Origin: Rhizaria sp. SCN 62-66
Lineage: Eukaryota
DNA length: 64,000 bases
Assembly (NCBI GenBank): GCA_001724265.1
Contig: MEDY01000036.1
Span: 1-64,000, forward strand
Direction of reading: 5' to 3'
Positions 56,701 through 64,000 of the stretch are shown here, in pieces. A model generated the notes under the pieces. It had not been told where the DNA came from and did no database searches. It saw nothing but the letters and a program-made list of their open reading frames with translations. Numbering within the stretch: position 1 is the stretch's first letter; each line of letters starts with the position of its first letter. A program made the position numbers and the translations under genes.

Positions 56701-59700
56701 ATGAGCACTGTTGGCGGTTCACTGGTGCTGCGAGAGTCCTTATTCTGGTGATTAAGCTGCTGAGAGTTCTGAGTGAACGACTGTGCGTTGACATTGCGGG
56801 CAAACTTGTCCGTGTTGGGGCTTGTGCTGGTGCCAGCGGAGGACGAGGACGAGATGGTGATTGCCGATTGAGAGCGAGGCAGTCCGAAGCTGTTCGCGTT
56901 GTCGTTGATGTTGTTGTTTTTTGTCGCACCGTTGTTGCCAAAGATGGCGTCGTATTCATCTTCGATTCCGTCATTCATAGCCATGTTGGAGCGAACAGTG
57001 TTTGTCTTCGACTCGTCGATTGAGTTTTTGCTGCCACCACCATCACCTTGCTATTGCTGTATGGTCGCGGTTTGCGTCTCTCCATTGGCCAACGGAGCTT
57101 GCCTTGTTCCATCAAAGCCATGCGTATGCTCCAGAGCGTGACTGTGACCGTGAGCGGACGAGATGTGACTGCTTGAATGACTCTGCGCAGTGCTAAAACT
57201 GTTAGATTCAAGACTGGCGTGACTATGCAAGCTCGACCCACCCTCGTAACCACCATAGATCACACTACCAGCCGCGCTCCCAGCACTGTTGCCTGTAGGC
57301 ACACCGTTACGACTGGCTTGGCTATTGCCAGCGTTGTTGTGAGGACTCACGTTGGCGGAGACAGTGACGATGCTGCTGCTGGGGGAGAAGGCACCGCTGA
57401 GGTCGCCTTGCGTCGGAGTCACCATCGGCGCTGGCAGCGATACGAGGCCTGTCGGCGCAAAGTCGGACACGAGAGGCTTTAAGGCGGGCTCCCATCCAGT
57501 GCCAACACTCACAGTGCTGCTCCGAATCCCAGAGTTACTGGGATTCCGGCCAAAAGACTGACTCTGCCCCTGCCCCTGACATTGATCGGCAGCAATAGAG
57601 CTTGCACTTGTGTTCATGCGAATTGCGGGATTTGACTTGTTGAAGTCGGCAGTTGCAGATTGATTGTCGTCCTTCAATGATTCGTAATCGTCTGTATCTT
57701 GCATACTCGCAACCTTGCTCTCCACACCTGCGTGAGAAGTGGACACGGGCCGTTCATGTTCTTGTTTGACTTCCTGTTGCAACTGTTGTTGTTGCTGCGC
57801 GTGACTTGCCAGCCGCTGGCGCAGCGGCAGAGTGTCGAGATCAACATCATCGAAGTTAATGCTACCGCTGCCATTTACATTGACGTCGCCAGCACTTTGA
57901 ACGGCAGCAGCAGTAGCCACTGCAGGAGTCTTACTGGAGGTCAACACAGCCTCGCTATCACGTGCACCCCGAGTGATAGCGGCGGCGCCCGCCATCGCCG
58001 TCACCGCCTGCGTCCGCAGCTTCTCATTGGCAAGGAACGGGTCCGTGGGGGGCCTCCCGCCCAGCGCCAGCGCCGCCCACAGCCAGCCCACGGTCACCAC
58101 GGGCACGCGCGCACACAGCGCGTGCGCTACGGCGGCCGCGGTCGTCGTACGGACCACGACCGAGGGCGCGGGCGGCGCCGCGGCGGTCGCGACGGTGGTG
58201 TGGGTGTGTTTAGCAAGCAAGCCAAAATACGGGATTGGACGGTCACCAAGTGACGCCGCCGCACTGCTCGCATTCGCGTTATTGCTGCTGTTGATCGCGT
58301 TGCGCGTGTTGATGTTCGCGTTTGCAGCAGTGCTCGCGTGGACGCTGGCGGCGCCGCCGCTGTCACCCGCCGCCGTGGCCGCAGCGACGAGCCCAGCGAT
58401 GGACGGGTCGTCCGCCAGCAGCAGCCGCTCCAGCCACGCCAGCAGCGCGGCGTAGTCGGGCACGATAAAAACCGACGAGTGCGGCGGCAGTGTGAGCTGC
58501 GTCTGGTGAAACACGCCCGCCTGGCGCAGCAGAGTGACGATCTGCGTCGTGACAAGCGGGGAGAAGCCGGGACCGAGCACCGGCAGCAGAGGTCCGTCCG
58601 CCGCAGCGGCAGCAGCGGAGGCCGGCAGTAAAGCGGTGAACAGAGTCAGACCGCGGCGGGTGAGGGGGCGCGCCTCGGTCAGAAGCTCCGTGGTGAGCGT
58701 GGCGGGGAGAGACAGCTTTGGCAGTGGGAGCGCCGATGCTGCGGAGCTCCCTATAACCGCGTCGCCAGAGTGAGAAGACGAGCTCGTGTAGCCGCTGTTA
58801 TTCGTGCTAATATTATTCGTAAAAAATAAGATGCAGAGCTCATGCGAGATGATCGTTTGCGCCAAGAGTGACAGCAACGAAGTTGTGCAGTGGGCTGTCA
58901 CGAGCGCAGACTCAGTATCCTTATTGCTATTCAGGCTTGCAGACACGCAATTAGTGTCGCCGCGAGTTCCGGTAGTGCGAGCATGCGTTCGCAGACTTGC
59001 GACACTTGAGGCCAACACAGGGGCGAGAAATGCGGTGGCGTCGCGCGAGACGGACAGCGGCCGCAGTGAGGCAGTCAGGGGTGCAGCGGCGGCGGCGGCG
59101 AGTGCGCTTGTGGCGAGGATGCGCTTCAGCTCGGCCGGCATAGATGGCGGCGGGAAAAAGCGACTCGTGACAGTGAGCAGTGGGGCGTTCGCAGCAGCGC
59201 TAGCAGTAGAGCTATAGCTGGAGTTGGTTGAACCGTAGCTGTTGGCGTTGGAGCCCAAACTTGCAGCGTTGCCATATGATCTAGGGCTCGAGCTCCTGCT
59301 GCGTGAGAAAACGCTGTAGACGGTTGCACATGTATACGTGTACGATGTCAGCACCTTGACAGCAGACGCGCGCGCGCTCTCAACAAGAGAGTAAACACGG
59401 TTTAGCCTCTCACTAGCGCTAAGTTCACTTTCACACTTCAACTTGTTCCGTGTGTTCTTCGAGCTCGAGGTAGACGTATTAAGGGCAGTGATTGTGGTGG
59501 TTACAGCAGCCCAGAGACTGTGTGTGTACGCGCGCACAACATCCCCTGCATCAATCACACTGGCGCTGGCACTTGCAGCCGACAAAGCAGTGCGGCGCGA
59601 TGCAAGATCCCCCGCCAGAGCGAGCAAACTGCGCACAGCCTCGGTTTCCTCGCCGGCCAGCTGCGCGCCGCCGATCGCGGTCACGCTCGCGACGCTTGCG

Positions 59701-62700
59701 TTGTTGCTGTTAGAGACCATGGACGCGGCTTGGTTCAGTACAGACCGGAACACAATCGGCCACCAGTGCACGGGGCACACTGCGACAGCACCGTGGTTGG
59801 ATGAATTGTTGCCCAACGCACTTGCGGCGGCAAAGCTCGCAGTCACCCCCGCTCCCACCGTGGCCGCTGCTGCAGACGCCGTGGATGCTGCTGCAAGCAA
59901 ACAGATGCCGCAGGAGTGTGCGCCGACACCGAAGGAACGCAGCACTGGGACCGCGAGCGCGGCGGCGACGAGGCGCGCGGGGGCCAGCACAGAGCGGAAG
60001 CTCCGGAGATGCGTGGACCCAACGCCACCGCCATACACACCGCCATCACTACTGGCAGCAACTGCAACGGACATAACAGCAGCGGAGACATTGTCCGAGC
60101 TATCGTTGTTGCTGCTACTGTTCGCATCGTAAGTGAGTGCATGGGTAAGAGCACGTGCATCGCGCTTCGCGTTATAGCGCATGCCAGCAGCCACAACAGA
60201 GTCGGATGTGACCGTGGGCGCGGCCATCGTAAAGCCAAGACTTGCCGCAGTAACTGTGTCAGCGGCAAATCCAGTGCCACCACGGATCTTTGCGACCAAC
60301 GGTTGTTTTGCGCTGTTCGAACTACTCATGAGAGTAGCCTGTGTGTCGTTGTCTGACATTGCATACAAAGCATTCTTATTGATAACATGCACCGTCGTCA
60401 CATTCGTGGTAGTGGTGCAGATGGGGGCTGCCACAAGCAGCGCGTCTTGCGCCCACGTCCACTCAGGCCATAGCGATGACGATGACGGCGCGACAGCAGC
60501 AACGCCTCTGGGGCGTGCGCATAAGCTCGAGCCGCTATTCGCTGCGTTTTGCGGCTGTGCAGAGTCCTGCTGCACAATGAAGTAGCCGCCGCGGGCGTCA
60601 ATATTCGCCCAATCATCGCCACTATGACCAGGAGTAATCGCACCAGCTTTCGCGCCACTCTCAACCACAGACTTGCTTGGGCTGCTGCTGTCAGCGCCCA
60701 GATCAAGCGCGGACAGCGCCGCGGCCGCCGACGCATCGACAGTGGCGATGGCCCTGGCGACGGAGGAGAGCACGGCGACGTCAGCCCGCACGCCCCAGCG
60801 GCCTGGATCGCTGTCGTAGCCGCGCTCGGCGTCCCACCGGCTGCCGGGGTGCGCCGTGGCCAGCGAGCCCGCGGTGCGGCCGGCGCCCTCGCGCGCGGCT
60901 GTGGCGAACGATAGCAGGGCCGACGCGTTGGGGGCAGAGCTGGGGGCCGGGAGCAGGGAACGCGCGAGGGCGGCAGGACGGTAGTGCTCAGTGTCGATAA
61001 CAAGGGGAGCGCGGGAGCCGAATGCGGCGGGGCGCGAGCGTTTCTTGGCATGGCCACTCTTTTGCCCGGTAGCATCGAAAGAACTAGCATTTGCAGGGCT
61101 GTCGTTCGCGGTAGTATTAGATAAACGTGAATTTGTCTTATCATCATCAGCAGCAACCGTACTAAGAGCACGATCATCGTCATCACTCGCGTCATTATCA
61201 TCATCGTCATCGAAGTACAAGCTCTTGTTGTTATTCTGAATGAACTCACCGTCCCGTGCGGCCATATCATCGCCATCTCCGTCGTCATCGTCGTCGGTGA
61301 AATGGCTGCTATTATCACCACTGGCAGTGTGGCCCAGTTCACTGTCGCCGTCGTTGTCGCTGTCGCCGTAGAACGCGCGCGCCAGTCCCGCGTCGTGCAT
61401 GTCACGGCCGAGATTGTCGCGCTTCCAGCCCTCGTCGTCCTCCTCAACCTCGTCGTTCTCACTCTCAATCGCCATTTCATCACCGGCAATTGCGGCGGCG
61501 TCTGCGTTGTTGGAATTAGAGTTAGCGGCAGCGGTAACTGCGGCGGCACGCACAGTGGCCTTGCGCTGCCGCTTCTGCGCTGCAACCAGGACGGCGTCGG
61601 CGCGCCGCTTCTGCTGCTGCCGTGCAAAGGCCCGCAGCGAGCCGTTGCGTGCGCTGCGCATCACGCGCCAGTGGTTCCGAAAAAAGTTCATTTCGAACGC
61701 CTTGAACGGGATCGCAGGAACGGCGACTGGGGGACCGAGAGAGGGCGCGTATACAGTGGCGTTCGGAGCGTTGTTCGAGCTATTGGCGTTTGCATCCGAG
61801 TTAAGGATCGTCGTTGCGGCAGTGAATGCGCGGTAGTACTCGCGCTGCGAGGTTGCAGCGATTGAAAGCAGGGCTGACTCGGCAGATGTTGTGGGGATAC
61901 TTAAAGCTTCTGAGAGGGCGTTGAGATTGGCGTTCGTGGTCGCAGATAGAGGAAACATGAAGCCGGCAACATTCGTCCATTCACAGTCCTCATCCTGCAG
62001 CTCGGACTCGAGCGCGCTCTCATTGCCATAGCCAACATCACAACCCTCAGTGCGATTGTAAATGCCATTCCGACTGCTGGCATCCTGCGCTTGCACACCT
62101 GCACTCGCACCACCCGCGTCAACAGCAGAAGCGATGGTACCATTGTTGATGTTAGCATTGTTGCCGTTGGTGGTGTTACCTGTGATAGGCGCATCGAACC
62201 TGCGAATCAGCGACGGGTTTGCGCTGGCATACTCGACCGCGCTCTCGGGCTGCTCAGGCGCAAACACGCCAAATGGCACAAACTCAGTGGTATTTCCTGT
62301 CTTCCCGCTTGCGTTTGCATTTGCACCGACCGCGCTTGTCGGGGGCGCTGGGAAGCGAGGTAAAGCGGCAATGGCAGCGCGCGCAGCAGCGGCGGACGCA
62401 GCGGAGGCTGCCTCGGCGCGCGCTGCCTTACTTAGTTTCCGGCCAGTTCCAGTTCCACTCGCAGTCGCAGTCAAGGCGGTGTCCGTTGCAGTGGCATTTA
62501 AGGGATCGGCCACGGCAGGATTTTCACTATTGTTGTTGTTGCTTTTGTTGTTGGTCGTGTTGAGATCTTGTTTGCTTGATTCGCCCTTGGATCTCTTTGC
62601 AGTGCTTGTGTTGTCGCCTGCACTTGCATTGTTGTTGTCAGCATGAGCGCCGCTATCATCCGTGGTCGCGCTAACCGGCTTGTTAGCGAGCGTAAGCTTC

Positions 62701-63998
62701 TTCTTCCATTTGTTAATAAAGTCGATGTTATTATTGATCTTGACTAAGTATGCGTTCATGTAGGGAGGCCAGGACACCCTGCCATGCGTCAGTGTAAGCG
62801 CCCACAGCCACTCGGCGCGCACAACATACACGGAGGAGCTCGTATTAGCTCCAGCAGCAGCTGCGGGGGCACGATCCGCGGTCGAGACTGCAGCTGGTGA
62901 GGCTGGAGAGTTGATGTTCGCGTTGTTGTTAAAAGCTGCAGCCGCTTCAACGGCAGGTGCGGCGGCCGCAGTGACGTATAAAGGACCAGGCAACATCAAC
63001 GGGGCAGCGTCACTGCTGCTGTCATTCATGTTCCCGCTGTCTCCGTCAGCATCTGACATCGCTATAGCGCTCGCGCTCGCGCTCGCGCCGAGACTATTGG
63101 TAGCCGAGGCTGTTGGAGCAAAATTAGCGGAAGGCACGCCATGGTACGTTGAGTCGACGATCAGGTACTTACATTCTGGGGTAAGGACCTCGCTTACAGT
63201 GCCGCCAAGCTCGCGGATACGCTTGGACACAGCAGCGCGCATTCGGCGTTCGTGCGCTTCAGAGAACGTGTTCCTGTTTATGTCGCTATTGCTCAGAGGA
63301 GGAGGCGCAAGACCCGCGATGCAGACGGTTTGTCCTTGCAAGTAAACCGAGAACAAACCGACTTTCACACTGTCACACACACTCGCGAGCGTCGTGCAAT
63401 CACTGCTAGCGCTGGTGCGTAAACTCCGGCGCACTATAGGGACTCGAAGCCCGCAGTCGTGGCCGTACGCATCGTAGATCGCGCTCACAGTTGCAGAGCT
63501 GCTGACAACCGCGCTGGAGCCCACGATAGCCTTTGTGCTGGAATTCACGCCTGCGCTCGCGCCGTGAGCCATCGCCACAGCCGCCACGGCCAGGGACCCA
63601 TAACGCAGCGCAAAGGCGAGGAAGTCATGCGACACGACGGTCATTCCGTCGTTGTTAACGGCGAACTGGTACTTTTTCGACCCGGGCGCGACCGCGACGA
63701 CGTGCGTGCACACGTTGGGCATCAGCGCGTCCGTGACCGCGGCGCCGCACAGCGTGGCCAGGAGCTCGAGCTGGCCGGACCGCAGCAGGAGGGCGCCGCC
63801 GGTGACTGTGAACACGGCGGTGCCAAGGCAGCGCGCGCGCGCGAGGAGGAAGGCGTTTAGACACGCAAGGAAGAGAGTCGGCGAGCGCAAGACGGGGGCA
63901 GCGGCGGGGATTGTGAACGCGGGCGCAGTAGCAGAACTGCCACTCGCACTGAACATGGGCGATGCTTGGACAGTGCTGTTGGAGTGACTAGCGGCGGA
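53709..63998 (-). CDS. Multi-BRCT protein, TopBP1/Dpb11/Rad4-like, >3400 aa, 5'-truncated by the window, with one in-frame TAG at 57051-57053
   Basis: About five BRCT-like repeats, e.g. CTHVVA...SKKYQFA...VVSHDFL; GQTVCIAGL...ELGG...VVRAEWL; VPVVTVGWLWAA; LFHGVVF...EHGG...LVRPRWVTACL; VTHVIA...GDKVAFARKHGIHVVNFNWLVESI. ORFs 57051..63956 and 53709..56984 share a frame, which stays open to the window end. TGA stop. Confidence 0.8.
57051..57053 (-). other. In-frame TAG inside a glutamine run, candidate Gln codon
   Basis: ATA CAG CAA TAG CAA GGT GAT GGT on the minus strand. Confidence 0.75.
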
Positions 63999-64000
63999 GG

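Noticed and set aside
57051-57130. A small intron ending at the TAG as the explanation of the BRCT gene interruption
   Set aside because: No GTACG/GTATG/GTAAG donor, AT-rich body or pyrimidine tract upstream, unlike the other introns here. Not formally excluded without cDNA.
1834-63987. Hundreds of overlapping antisense or alternate-frame ORFs rich in Arg/Ala/Gly/Pro
   Set aside because: Expected shadows of GC-rich, GCN-repeat coding sequence; no recognisable domains, and each overlaps a better-supported gene.

Overview
Gene-dense eukaryotic DNA, probably from a flagellated protist (inferred from a DRC2/CCDC65 gene, short AT-rich GT-AG introns of about 117-285 nt, and GC3-rich exons). About 16 protein-coding genes, mostly alternating in strand: a 3' gene fragment, DIM1/TXNL4A, HAT1, a TBC RabGAP, a Ggc1-like mitochondrial carrier, an HMG-box/histone-fold fusion, two orphans, a ZZ-like protein, an aquaporin, CLEC16A/TT9, a C9orf85-like gene, DRC2, Rab escort protein, COMMD9 and a 5'-truncated multi-BRCT TopBP1-like gene. 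Main observation: evidence for a variant nuclear genetic code in which UAG is a sense codon, most likely Gln, while UAA and UGA remain stops. Three genes carry an in-frame TAG flanked by coding-like sequence, one inside a CAG-CAA-TAG-CAA glutamine run. None of the 14 other gene ends I could place uses TAG (8 TAA, 6 TGA). Many conserved proteins are also greatly inflated by Ala/Ser-rich insertions, and splice donors are mostly GTACG. I recognised no RNA genes, transposons or CRISPR arrays. All family calls are by eye from motifs, with no database search.
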